DNA from: Kondoa subrosea
Lineage: Eukaryota
Assembly: GCA_039545335.1 (NCBI GenBank)
Contig: BCIN01000008.1
Location: 383,528-447,527 of the forward strand
Reading direction: 5' to 3'
DNA: 64,000 nucleotides
The position numbers were made by a program, and so were the translations under genes. This document shows positions 51,764-64,000 of this stretch, piece by piece. The notes under the pieces are model-generated. The model did not search any database. It had not been told where the DNA came from and saw only the letters and a list, made by a program, of their open reading frames with translations. Position 1 is the stretch's first letter. Each line of letters begins with the position of its first letter.

Positions 51764-53327
51764 ATGACCACTGCTACTCTACCACACGAGATTCACGAGC
51801 GAATCATCAAGCATGCCTTGAGACAATTGGGTCCGCCTGTCGAATGTTTTGCCCCATCTCAGGCTGCGAAGTCTTTCCTAGCTTCTGGTGTATGTCTCGT
51901 CAACAAAGTATGGCTGTCGGTTGGGTAAGCCTGCTACGTCTCAGCTCTTTGATCTTTCTTCATGCTGCGGTCAGACGCAAGCTCTTGTATTCGACGGTTC
52001 ATTTGAACACTACAGACATTGTTGTCCGTTTCCTCAATTGTCTGGGAGAAAACGAGGATATGGCTGGTTGGGTTCAGAGACTTCTGGTCTATCCTTCTTT
52101 CGTCGTTCCAGCTATTACCTCTGGCAATTTCGGCATTATTGGTGGTAGCGGATTCATGCCATTGATGATGCACGTTGGCCATCAACATCAGTTCGGATTG
52201 ATGGTCGCGCAAGGACTAACATTGAGGAACGAAACGAAAATCATCAGTTGGAAAAGCCTGTCTTGGGAATTCCCGTGTCTGCATCACCTTCACCTCACTC
52301 CTTCTGGTTCGTCGAAAGAGTTGACGGCGAGTATCTTGAATTCGTCCGCCGCTGCAACCATTACCAATTTGCGCATTACCGTATACGATCAGGGTAAAGA
52401 ACTTGTCAAGATGGTGCAAAATTTACTCGACATGCCAGTCATGGAACGTCTAGAAATTGAACTTAGAACATTGCACTTCAGTCCTCCCAAGCAATGGTGT
52501 GACCGCGGTACAGATTTACCTTGCGTACGTGCTACATCAAACAGCCAGCTTAAAGAGTTCGCAATTACTTCTGTACCAACTGAAGCGACTTACTTCAAAG
52601 CCATCATGGCTACTTTGCCAATGTCCGTTAAAGCTATGCGCATTGCTTTGCCAAAAGGTTGGGAACCCGAATGGATGACAAAGGTAGTTTTGGATTCAGT
52701 TGGTCAGCTTGAGGCATTCGCTCTGATTGTCGGAGGCTATGATGGACAAGTACTGCCGGTCGAAGACGAGGTTGGAAACGGTAAGCAAAGCAAGTCCTGT
52801 TGCTGGCTTTCTCTTATGATCGAGTAGAACCTATGGACATCTCTGCCCTCTTGTCTGGATTGACCACTATCAGCCAACTTGAACTCGGTGGTCCCATTCC
52901 TTCCGATGCCCTCGCTTTTATTGGATCCAATATCGAGCATCTTACCTTGTCCGGAATGCCCTTCTCTGCCCTCGATCCTACGAGCAAGATTTTGCATCAC
53001 CCTGATCAACTTCTTCCCTTTATTGAAAGCGACACATTGTCTCCTTTCAAGACTTTGCAGTGGAACTGTTCTTACTATCATTCCACCAAGGAGATGCCCG
53101 ATTTGGTTGTAAAACAATTGTACAAGCTTCCGTCTGATGAGGTAATCGATCTCTTCAATCAGTCGGCCAAGACTGTCGTCACTGTGGCTGCAAAGAGAGG
53201 TATTGATATGCAAGTCAAGGATGATTTAGGTGAGATGGAGGTAATGAAGCAATGGGGAATGATTGAAGTGGTGGGTGAAGGTAAAGATGAAGGTGCTGAA
53301 GCTACTGGTAATCAAGACGCTGAGTGA
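51764..53327 (+). CDS. Hypothetical F-box-like protein
   Basis: Starts MTTATLPHEIHERII, then LYSTVHL and LxxLxL segments. Three exons. Confidence 0.55.
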
Positions 53328-53752
53328 GACTGACGCTAGGAAGCATGGTATTGAACAGCTTTCATATTACGGTATCAGGTCGTCCTTTTGTTCCGTCTTG
53401 CGTTGTACTGCTGTGCCTATTCGGTCCCGTTCTATCTCTGCTTTCTTCTTGCCTATCGTACTGTGCTCTAGTGTCGTTTTGGACTTGGCTATGATATCTT
53501 GAATTTCTAACTCGCAACCTCAACAGATCCTCTTCATATGAAGCTCTCACTGTACTTCTTCGGTTGCACGAGAGTGCCGGCGACAAGGCAATGGAATGTG
53601 ATAGGTGTGTTTCAGTTTTGCAGGTAACGCGTCCACTTTGGCGTATATGCATGGAATATCGGTACAATATGCGTTTACATGCGATGAATTCTCTTGCACG
53701 GGCTGTGGAGCTGTTTCGCTCTGTTGAGTGTTCATACGTCTGCGCTAACAAA

Positions 53753-55306
53753 TCAATCGAAGAGCTTGTTCAGCCGATCGTCTTTTAGTTCTCGCACTTG
53801 CGAGATGTCCACCTGTGTTGTCAGAAGAGTAAGATTTAGAGTCTCAAAAAAGCATTTGCAAAGAACTCGCCTCGACTTCTTCGCCGAGGGCAGCCCTTAA
53901 TTTCCTAATTACACTTCTCAACTCTTCTTCCAGCTCACTCATTCCTTCGCAACCCAACCAACATCTCCCAACACTGCTTAATATCAAACCTCTCCATCTT
54001 TTGACCACTGCTTTTCCCTCGATGATCAACATCTTGACAGCTCTTGCGGTCAAAACGAACAATCTTTCCGCTTCTTTCGAGTTCGTGACCGGTAACTTAA
54101 GCGTGACCAACAAAGGATGCATCAAGTCCTTGAAGAATCTCAAGATACCCACTTTCATTCTTTTAGTAATAGCAATGATTGCTTCTGCTGCCAAAGTAGC
54201 AAAGACGATCTTCTCTGGTGCGAAGATGAAGATATTTAGAGGACCTTGTTTGACCAAATCGGAAAGAGCGTTGAATTGGTTTTCTGAAGAGGACGGATGG
54301 AGAACGTCGATTAAGAGGAGATTTGTTTGTAGTGCTAAAGAGACTAATGGTGCGTAGGAAGGCGAGGAAAGATAGGTCAAGGAGGTAGTCAAGCTCTAAG
54401 TCGATTTGCTACTTAGCTTAAATCACGGGAAAAGAAGGGAGACTATTTACTTTTTGAAGCAGCAGATGGAGTGATGTTTTCTTGAGTAAAGATGGATCTA
54501 CTTTAGCCACCAATAGGCTCATACACCTCAATCCACGAATGCGATAAAGCATATCATGGTCATCCACTAAAGTCATGAGCGGCGGTACAATCAAGGGCCA
54601 ACTGATTTCCATATCTGGCTTCTATAAACGTACTTTAGCTTTCATATTTGACTTTCATTTTTAAAAGAAAGCTTACCGCTAATTTATCAATACAAGCATA
54701 CAAAACGTTCCAACATCCTATAGCAGGCGACCAAGTTTCTCCTTTCCATCTTGTTCCGCCTAGTCCATCAGAATTTGCAGCGTGCGGTCCACCTATCGGT
54801 CGAGGTAAGATTCTTCCGCTTGATGGATTGACAAAAGGATGCGCGTTGGCTTGAAAACAGGATCGCATATATGTGTTGAGAAGATGTTCTATGATATCGA
54901 TCGCAGGATTTAGATTCAGAAGCGAATCTAAACAAACTGTGACAAGGGTAAGACGATGAACTCGCAGAGAGAAAGGAGATGGCTGACTTTGAGCGCTTTG
55001 ACGAACTAAAGGAGTAGCGTATTCGTCGTCTTCTGGTCCATCAAATCTTGCAAAAGCGATAAAGAGATTGGTAGCTTGATCTTGAGAGAAGGAGTGCTTG
55101 TGAAGCAATAATGCTGAATGGAGAAGTTCAAGATAAGCTGTACTTGCTGCTCTCCATTGCGCTCGTTGTTCAATTGATTTAGCGTCTGTGTAAAGACTTA
55201 GTAAGATAATAGTGAGAAAGGCATAGAGACTCGCCATCTTCCCAGTCGTGCAAGAGGAAGCATCCTGGAACGAGTAAAGCTTGAGGTGCATTTTCCCATA
55301 GGTCAT
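53753..55306 (-). CDS. TTI2: Tti2-like (TTT complex) HEAT-repeat protein, start uncertain
   Basis: F...HP.VNPSSGRILPRPIGGP, ISWPLIVPPLMTLVDDHD..YRIRG, RWRGLILSSVGRCW resemble basidiomycete Tti2. Confidence 0.7.
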
Positions 55307-55858
55307 CGAGCGAAAGATCTTCTAGTGATGTGTACTTTCGCAGATGTAGTACAAGCTTATCCAGTTGCCCGAGTGACTATTAGTCCCTTCATCGAGTGAG
55401 TCGGAGGTTCAGAAGACGCGAGGAGAAGTATAGACGAACAGCCTCAGACAAGTCTGTGTAAATACTGATCTGTTCCAAGAGATCCATACCGAAAGCGGAA
55501 CAGACAGAGGTAGGTACGAGGTACGGAATGTGCAATTTAAGCAATTTGGAGAATGTGCATAAAGGGAAACCGCAATGCTTAAAGGAAAGAGTTCAGAATT
55601 AGTGGAAGACTAAGCCGGCGTCCGTTGATCAGCTCAAGCGCCGATGAGAAGCTGTAGTGCGACCCTCCCTTGACTGTTGCTGGCAAGTTAGGCATTAATT
55701 CGGTTTGCTTGGTCTTCCTTTGTTCGCGACTCGGAATCTACCTGCTTGGACTGGCTGCTTGAATCCTGCTACCCTCAAACAGCACGCTATAATATATATC
55801 CTGACACGGGCGTTTGGGCGTCTCCTCTCTGCCTGGTAAACGAACAAGTGAACAATCA

Positions 55859-57926
55859 ATGACCGAAACATCACCGCCTCCGACTGGACCTCGAGCAATG
55901 GCAGGTACTCGGGAAGGTAGACCTGCAACTAAAGCAGCCAATGGAGCCAAGAAAGAAAGAGCAGAATCAGTAGAGCGCGGAGGTGAATCCAAGTCGCGGA
56001 AAGCTAATCTCGTATGTCTTCTCGCTTCGGTCGATTCTCATAGCAGCACCTTACTCATTCTGATTCAGTCACTGGTGCCGTGTAAATGTACGTGTTTGAA
56101 GCGCGATGTGCACAGGAATTGATGACTCATCGCCCAACACCTATATAGTCTTCAAGGCCGGATCATGCAATAACAATGATTGTCCTTTCGCTCATCCTCA
56201 AGGGCCGCAACCAAAACAAGTTTGTCCTTGGTTTCTGCAAGGCCCGAACAAGTGTAAATTCGCTTCGCGCTGTGCTCTAGCCCACGTCTTGCCGGGCCAG
56301 GTATGGCATCGATCTATGAACGTATGAGAAGTACTGATGATAAGATAGCCAATGGGCATGGATCGGAAGAACAAAAGAGCGCAACAACAAGCTCAAAGAG
56401 AAGCGGAAGCAGCAGTACTGAATTCGCCAGAACACTTGCAGTCTATACCTCCCGCAGTAGACACTCCTATATCAGCGCCAGTCAAACAATCAAGCGGTAT
56501 TGCTCGAGCTCTAGAGAAGAATGAAGGTGGAAGTAAGGTCATGTCGGGTTTCGTTCCATCTCCTACTTTACCAAGCTCCGCTACGGTCACGTCGCATACT
56601 GCCTCCCTATCAATGGATGATAGCTCAGCTTCTTCCAAAACATCGAGATCATCATCGAATCCTTGGGGCATGCCTTTACCGAATTCTATTCGAGGCATTT
56701 CGACGACTGAATCAACTAAAGCTGCTCCAGCGGCACCATCGCGACAGTATGGCTTCTCGACAGAATCAGTTGCAGCTTCTTCCCCTCCATCTACAGCTAT
56801 TCCTTCACCTAGTACTAAAGAAACCTATACACCACAAGCGATAGGTTCACCACTCAAAGCTTCTTCTTCACCTTTCCATTCATCACCGTTCGGTCTGCGA
56901 GTGGATAGCGAATCTTTCGCACCTAAACTTCCCCAAATACCTCGAAGTACTGCACCAGTGAATATGACTTCCACTTCGAATGCTTTTGATGGTTTTGGAT
57001 CTTCTCCGCCTACTTCAAGATCAATGGATATGTCTAATTCTGTTTTCGGTACTTCGCCATTCAGCGCACCTGGATCGAAATCAATCTTTTTATCTTCTTT
57101 CCCTTCGACAAGCGAAGAAGAAGCTACTCGATTGGCAAAACAGTATGGGAAATCAGTGAATGCTTTAACTGGTGAAGGACCTAGTGCCATAACCCGCATG
57201 ATGATGGCTAGGAACGGGTTGGTGTTTGATGAAGAATCAGAAGATGAAGATGAGGGAGCGGCGGAAGAAGATGAAGATAACGAAGATGAATTCTTACCTT
57301 CTTCTTTACATGATTTACTTACACCTGAAGAATTGGATAAAAGAAGGAAAAGAGCAGAAAAAGCTTCTTCGTCCATGATTGATTTTTCAAGATCTGTACC
57401 GAATCCTACCTTCTTGAGAAGAGCTTCTATAGTGGACGAAAGGGATGAAATCGTTTCCTCCCCTACAAGAAGTAATGGGTTTTCCACATCACCAAGTTCT
57501 AGAACTCTACTACCTCCTTCAACTTATCATCAAACTACTACTTCTTCTTCTTCTTTTGTAACATCAAACGTCTTGCAACAACATCCACCTGGAACTTCAC
57601 TTCCACCAGGATTAGCAGCTGGAATGTCAAGATTACATTTCAGACCTATTCCAGCCGAACCTTCTTCACCTTTATCTTCATACGCTGGAAGTCCAAAACC
57701 GATTGAAAGACCTTCTTCAGCTTTGAATAGAAGAGTGAGTAGTGGCAATGCGAATGGAGAACGATTTCATGTTGGAAGTCCTCTAAGTCAAACTTGGGTT
57801 CCATCAAGAACAGCAGTAGGGGAAAGAGAGAAGAAAGAGAAGGATATGGATGAAAGTAGTCCGAAGAGTAAGGAAAGGCATGTGATGCAGTTACAGGAAG
57901 AAGAGTTGCCTTTTGAGATGGATTGA
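55859..57926 (+). CDS. Tandem CCCH zinc-finger protein, Lee1/Cps3-like
   Basis: VPCKFFKAGSCNNNDCPFAH...VCPWFLQGPNKCKFASRCALAHVLPGQ, then a Ser/Pro-rich region with EFLPSSLHDLLTPEE. Confidence 0.82.
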
Positions 57927-58216
57927 ATTAAATTAAAATGAAATTGTATGGGTCTTGTTGGGTGAGAAGCTTCTGGAAAGTTGTTGTATGTATATTATAT
58001 CGTGTAACACTGCTATCCTTATTGTCCCTCACTTCCTGAGACTTCGCGAGTCATTGCCACTTTAGGCTCGCTCGAGCGCGCGTTGATTGACTCCGGCTTA
58101 CTCTTGACCAATACCTGACTGTTTCGCTACTTCTCGCTTTCAGATCTATACCCGCTGCTTTATCTCTCTGCGCTGTAATCAGCCTGCCTATCCTATTACC
58201 CTTTTGACCGGAGCGA

Positions 58217-60548
58217 ATGGAAGAGGACGAAGTGATGTCTGCTTCTTCAAGTGATCTAGGATACGACGACGATGATCAGTCTATGCATGATGGTGAGCTT
58301 CCCATTCACATTCATTCAGCTTATATATCTGTGCTCGCTCGTTCGCTCGGGTCGGTATTAAGTTGATTACTCCATTGTTTCAAATGGCCCCTGTTCCGCC
58401 GATTGAGCGATACTAGTCGCCTGCAATGAGCTCTCTCTTCTACCTCGCTTGTCTGGGAGATTTACCAGAGTGATTGCCTACAACCAGATTGCTTACTGCG
58501 GTCTTTATTGAACACAGATTTCAACAATGGAGATGAAGAGGATGACATTTCTTCAGTCGACGACAGTGGTTTCGAAGCTGCCAGCGCAGAGAAAGCGAAA
58601 GCTCATGTTATTGATTACAAAGTTCTGAGCGTCAAAGAATTGGAAGCTCGTCAGAAATTGGATGCGGATTCTGTGGCTTCTATTCTAGCTATTGAGGTAC
58701 GTCAACAAGTTAGAGAGGATTGCTCTTTAGTATGTAAATCTGATTAATTGACAGCCAACTGAATGTGTTATCCTTTTACGACATTGGGGTTGGAATAAAG
58801 ATAAACTGATAGAAGCCTATATGGAAGATCCAGAGAAGTGCAACACCGACGCAGGATTAGAGAAAGGCAAACAACCTAGATTGAAACGAATGAGAGGTTT
58901 CACTTGCGAAGTTTGTTTCGACGAAGATGGATCTAAAGAAACTTTGGCTCTGAGTTGCGATCATCGGTACTGCAAGGATTGTTACACTCAATACCTCAAT
59001 CAGAAAGTAGCGTGGGTCAATGCGCTATTGAATCAATTAAATTTGCTATAATAGCTTTTGCTTGCACAGAGATGGCGAAAGCAAACGTATTCAATGCATG
59101 GGATCTAAATGTCCGCTGATAGTGGATGAAAAGACTGTGGATCTACTGGTGGATACCGAAACAAGCGAGAAGTACGTTTGGCAGGAGCGTTTCATCAGCC
59201 TTTGCTGATGAGTCTTGTGCATGACGCACAGGTACAAACGCCTACTCAATCGGGCCTACGTAGACGATAACCCAGCATTACGATGGTGTCCAGGACCAGA
59301 TTGCGATCTAGCTATCGAATGTCACGTACCTACCAAATCTTTGGATGCTATCGTACCTTCGGTCAAATGCGATTGCGGTCATGCTTTTTGTTTCGGTTGT
59401 GGTTTGACGGATCATCAACCTTGTATTTGTCCTTTGGTCAAGAAATGGTTGCAGAAATGTAAAGATGATTCGGAAACGGCAAATTGGATTTCTGCAAACA
59501 CTAAAGAATGTCCAAAGTGCAATTCGACAATTGAGAAGAATGGTGGTTGTAACGTGAGTCGGCCATACTTCTACTCTGTCGAGAGTCGACTCAGAGATGT
59601 GTGCTTCTAATCACAGCACATGACATGTAAGAAGTGCAAGTATGAAGTAAGTCCCTTGTGCATTCAGTACCCAGCCTTAGCTTAATATTGGTATGACTAC
59701 AGTTCTGTTGGGTCTGTATGGGGTTATGGACGGATCATGGAACAGCTTGGTATTCTTGCAACCGCTATGACGAGAAAGAACCGCCAGGCAAAGATGCGCA
59801 ATCCAAGAGTCGGGCTTCTCTGGAACGATATCTACATGTGAGCGCTATGGCTGAGATATCAGAGTAATCTGATATCGGTGCCGTTGTCACTCACAGTATT
59901 ACAATCGTTACGCAAACCATGAACTTTCAGCCAAACTTGAAAAGGATTTATACGTCCGCATTGAGAAGAAGATGAATGAGATTCAAGAAGTTGCCAACAT
60001 GTCTTGGATCGAAGTGCAGTTTATGAAGAAGGCTGTTGATACTTTGAGCGATGTATGTCTTTGTGTTTCCAATCCCACTGATGAGGCTGACGTTGACATA
60101 TACATCATACAGTGTCGAGTGACTCTGAAGTGGTCTTATGGATTAGCTTTCTTCATGGAACGAAACAATCAGTCGGAATTGTTTGAGCAGAATCAGAGCA
60201 ATCTGGAAATGGCTGTAGAGGCTTTGTCAGAGTTGGTGAGTGGATAGTCTCATAAGCACGATTGGTGTTAGATGGATCTGAACGTCTCACAGATCGAGAA
60301 GCCTATAGAACCAGAAACGATTCCAGAACTACGAGAGCAAGTGACGAACAAATCTGTCAGTACCAGCTACCAGCTAATACCTGTATGATGCTAACGTCTT
60401 GCGCCAGGTTTATGTACACTCTCGTCATCAAGTTATGCTCGAAGATACAGCGAAAGGGACATTGGATCACCGGTAAGTACATTTGATTTTCAGCGATCTG
60501 TCTTTTAATAAATTACATAGATGGGCTTTTACTACTGGAGGTGCATGA
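58217..60548 (+). CDS. ARI1: Ariadne-family RBR E3 ubiquitin ligase (Hel1/Dbl4/ARIH1-like)
   Basis: Acidic N-terminus, RING1 [47 protein letters not shown]2 [19 protein letters not shown], Ariadne domain LERYLHYYNRY. Confidence 0.95.
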
Positions 60549-60898
60549 GAGACCGGAGTCCTGGGGTCGTTTACTTCACTATTCACACACATCATTACTT
60601 GAATCATTGTACAATTTTTTGCCTGTATCGGGTATGCGTTCGACTTTCATCTTCCTCGTTCTTTCTGGCATCCATCAATAACCCTCCACATGGACTTCGC
60701 AAGGGAAGTTATTACGCTCGGGATCTTTGCCGCTGCTTCATGTGAAGTCAACGCAAGTATCTGTTGCAGCATGACTTTTGTGAGTATACGAGATCGCAGA
60801 TTGAAGGCCACATTGAGAGAGAGTACATCTCCTTTTCCATTTTTCATGCAAATGAGCGTATGAGGGTATTACAAGCACAGAAACATCTCCCATAGCCT

Positions 60899-63003
60899 TC
60901 ACACCAGAGGGAACTTGTCTGCCCAGTGCTGCACCACTAACGCGAAGAATCAGCAATTGAAGGAGTCGACTGATCAAATTCTTACTAGGTATTCCGTCTG
61001 TATGCCCGGGAAAGCTCTCCGTTCTACATATGAGAACTCCATGCTGCAAGCAGATTAGCTCTCATGAAGAAGACCTAACCAGTTTCCACCTACAGCGTTC
61101 CGTGTATCAGGAAACCAAGCCAAGTACTTCTTCATGTGTTCAATCGAATTCAGATTTGCCAAAGCTCTCAATTGTGCTTCAGTCAATTGCGGGTCAGTGA
61201 CAGCGCTGTCTTGTAGAGCCGATTTTGATTTGTTCAATGGTTCCCCTTCCCTTGCGTCAGTGTTTACAGGTGTCTCAGTCCCACTGTTCATAGCGGAATC
61301 GGGATTATTTGCGTAACCAATGTTGTCTTCCAGCATATCATTCACTTGATCCAGCATGATACCGACCCTTTTGAGTCTACCTTCACTAGTCTGCAGATCG
61401 CCGACTGTAACTCTACGAATTCGACGCTGAGAGGAAACATTCTGCAAAACGAAGCGACTGAATACGAGCACCACGAAGAAGGCTAGATGGATTACTTCAT
61501 CAGACGCTTTATAGGTGAGAGGACTGGAAAGAGGAACTCACGAACGATGATTGGAAATGTGAACACTACTGCATAGCGCACAACAGGCGGGAAGAATGGA
61601 TAGCTTTAGACAAATGAGTCTCGTTATCAACATCAAAAAGGTTTGGCCAAAGACTCACCCAGAAGGTCTAAGCATCTTTGGCCTACCACAACGATAAGTA
61701 TCTTTTTAATGTATGTAATGTAAGGAACGCGCCACTTGTATTTGTGATACCAAGCCTTGTGCGGCACAGGTTTGTCTTGCGACGGTAGAACAGGTGTACA
61801 AGGTTCGTATGATTCGATAAGAGGTTTGTATTTGGTGCTGAGCGTACTTTCAAAAGGCAATTGAATCAGCATGGTACATGATGAGCATATAGCGAGTACT
61901 AACAGCTTTAGACCTCCTTCACGGAGATCAGTAGGATAATCTTCAGGCAACAACAGCTTCTTTCGCGCTTTGAGCATTTTTCTATGTGCTTTGGCGAATG
62001 GATCGACACTTTCGATAGCGCCAGAAGGATAGGGCACAGTCAAGTCGTTGAGTGCGGATGCATAGATTGAGATTTGAGAGAAACGCCGAAGACCTTTCAC
62101 GAAGGAAGTCCCTTCTTGAGTCATTCTTTTTGCATGCGAGATTTAGCTTACGTTTGCGACGTAAGGTAGAAGACTTACACTTCAATCAGCGGTTTTCCTT
62201 GATGAAAGTCATCTCGAGCGTATAATTGCCCGCCTGATCGACTCAATAGCTTAGAACCAAGGAAAATCAGTGTGGGTGACCAGAACGTCTTGTAGCGAGG
62301 TCTTGACACCCAATATTTAGGACTCGTACGCATCGGACTCGACAATTAGACTTACATGCCTAGATGAGGTGTTGCCTGATAGGACAGGTAAAAGCGTCCA
62401 TAAGCACGCGGCCGATTGCGCGAGTGTCTAGTCATGGCTCACAAATGTAGCAAAAGAGACTGGTTGCACCGAGTCGAAGTAGCTAGGTTGCCTACTCTCC
62501 AGTAGCCCAAGCGTAAACCGAGCAATAAGACCTCCCAGCGAATCTAGACTGAAGTTGAGTATCTCGCGTACTATTTGACGCAACGAGCTTACAGCCCGCT
62601 ATCGAGAACTTTAAGATAGTAGCTCCAGCCTTCTCCTGCTCAGCTGTGAGCGCATCGATTTCTTGGGTAATTCGTTCAGAGCATAAATCGATTCCCTGAA
62701 ACACAAGCGTCAGCCTTCGGGATCAGACCAGACCAGAATAAGCCTACATCATAGGTGTTCGTTTCACGATTCCCTGCTGCCGCTAGGATGACAAGCTTAA
62801 TGCCTGATTCTTGATGTTCTCGCTCCCATCTTTCAGTCAGTAATCGCTCTAATGTGTGTAGATGCTCTGGAACACCCCTATCATCTTGATCAATACAACC
62901 ACGATAGTCAAACAGCTGCAGTAGCTGACCAAAGACCGTGCACAAGCACAAGCAAATGAATGCGATTCGAAGTGTTTCCAGTTTCTAAGATTTCTGTGTC
63001 CAT
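60899..63003 (-). CDS. DUF676 putative serine esterase/lipase (Rog1-like)
   Basis: HLLVLVHGLWG, TYDGID, nucleophile elbow GYSLGG (split by an intron), FATPHLG, LSRSG, NDLTVPY, C-terminal VQHWADKF. Confidence 0.88.
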
Positions 63004-63220
63004 CACCAAAGGAGCAGAGAGAGAATTGTTGAAGTCCTGGCTGCGAGATTCCTGATTGAGCAGAGAAAGCAACGAGATAGAATTGTTTCGTCGGTCTTCG
63101 GCAAGCGGTGACGAGTCACTGACGACAAAAAACAATGCAGGACTATATGTTGCGGATGCTATATGTATGTACAAGAAAAGACATGCGAATGAATGAATGG
63201 CATTGAAGACACATGAGAGA

Positions 63221-64000
63221 TCAACTCTTGCAAAGGAACGATTTCAACCTTGAATCAGTAATAGGTTGACGTGAGTAAGGTGTTGTAGTGGGTGTGCTTT
63301 CTCTGGCTGGTATTGCGTCCTCTCGGATAGTGAAAGCAGGTAAGCTCATCCTTGAGACGGAGCGTGAAATGCTTTTGTCATTGAGCATAGTGTTGGCACG
63401 CTTGAGCTTGGTCGGCTGATTGTTAGGTGTTGCAGCTCGAGGTAATGGATCTGATTGACGAGGCTTGAGTTTGCGAGAAGCGGTGCTTTCATTGACAGCT
63501 TTCCTAATATTGGACTTGAGACTGGACTGTAGGAAGCTAATCAGCTTGCAAAGACATGGTTGAAGACACACAGAGCTTACACTTGCAGGAGCTCGCATGA
63601 ATTTGGCCTGCCATCCGGCTACCACAGCACTGACAGCATCTGCCTTGATTGGCTTGTCCTCTTCTTCATTGTCGGAGAGTACAATTGAATCTTCCTGACT
63701 CAAGCCATTCTTGGGCTTTCTGTTCTTTTTCGCCAGAGGAGTCTGTCCGTCTTCACTTGCAGAACCACCATTCCTGATCCGAACATTTGGTTGCTGAGCT
63801 TCTAGAGCTGGAGTAATAGGTTCAGAGAAATCAGAGATATCAGAACTTGCTGCTTCTTTCTGCACGAAAGGATCGCTAGGTAGTCTAGAGATGGGAGAAG
63901 GCGACTTGACCACTGGTTGTTCAGCCTCTACTTCCCCCAAAGGAGCTGCAGAACTGATGCCAAATTCCATTGATTCGGCTTTGCTTTCTTCTCGGGTTAG
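63221..64000 (-). CDS. 3' part of a low-complexity hypothetical protein running off the window
   Basis: Open Ser/Pro/Lys-rich frame with an internal intron-like segment at about 63528-63580. Confidence 0.45.
   Translation of the reverse strand, partial: LTREESKAESMEFGISSAAPLGEVEAEQPVVKSPSPISRLPSDPFVQKEAASSDISDFSEPITPALEAQQPNVRIRNGGSASEDGQTPLAKKNRKPKNGLSQEDSIVLSDNEEEDKPIKADAVSAVVAGWQAKFMRAPASVSSVCLQPCLCKLISFLQSSLKSNIRKAVNESTASRKLKPRQSDPLPRAATPNNQPTKLKRANTMLNDKSISRSVSRMSLPAFTIREDAIPARESTPTTTPYSRQPITDSRLKSFLCKS

Noticed and set aside
56825..57487. 220-aa antisense ORF
   Set aside because: Shadow of the Ser-rich CCCH protein exon.
1..64000. CRISPR arrays, operons, transposons, tRNA/rRNA or a biosynthetic gene cluster
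   Set aside because: None recognised. The DNA is eukaryotic and neighbouring genes are functionally unrelated.

Overview
Eukaryotic, not prokaryotic, DNA: a gene-dense 64 kb stretch of a very intron-rich fungal genome, probably a basidiomycete (inferred from the proteins and the ~50-70 nt GT-AG introns). The ORF track captures only exon fragments, so the gene models below were spliced by hand and their boundaries are approximate. About 28 genes are visible. Recognisable ones are GDH2 (3' end), an alternative NADH dehydrogenase, two secreted proteins, a glycine-rich RRM protein, an HMT1-like ABC half-transporter, RPL17, a GH63/YMR196W-like protein, a Vip1-like RRM protein, Zw10/Dsl1, a LIG4-like ligase, a MYND protein, U2AF65, a CDP-alcohol phosphotransferase, SAF1-like, RCD1/CAF40, OXR1, TTI2-like, a Lee1-like CCCH protein, an Ariadne E3 ligase and a DUF676 lipase. 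No tRNA, rRNA, CRISPR array or transposon was recognised. The most striking signal is splicing architecture. The glycine-rich RRM gene (9847-11060) needs a single-nucleotide exon (G10400) and a GT-TG intron to encode an intact RRM. Elsewhere there are 5-12 nt microexons, GC-AG introns, frequent AAG acceptors, an ATG-only first coding exon and a stop-only last coding exon.
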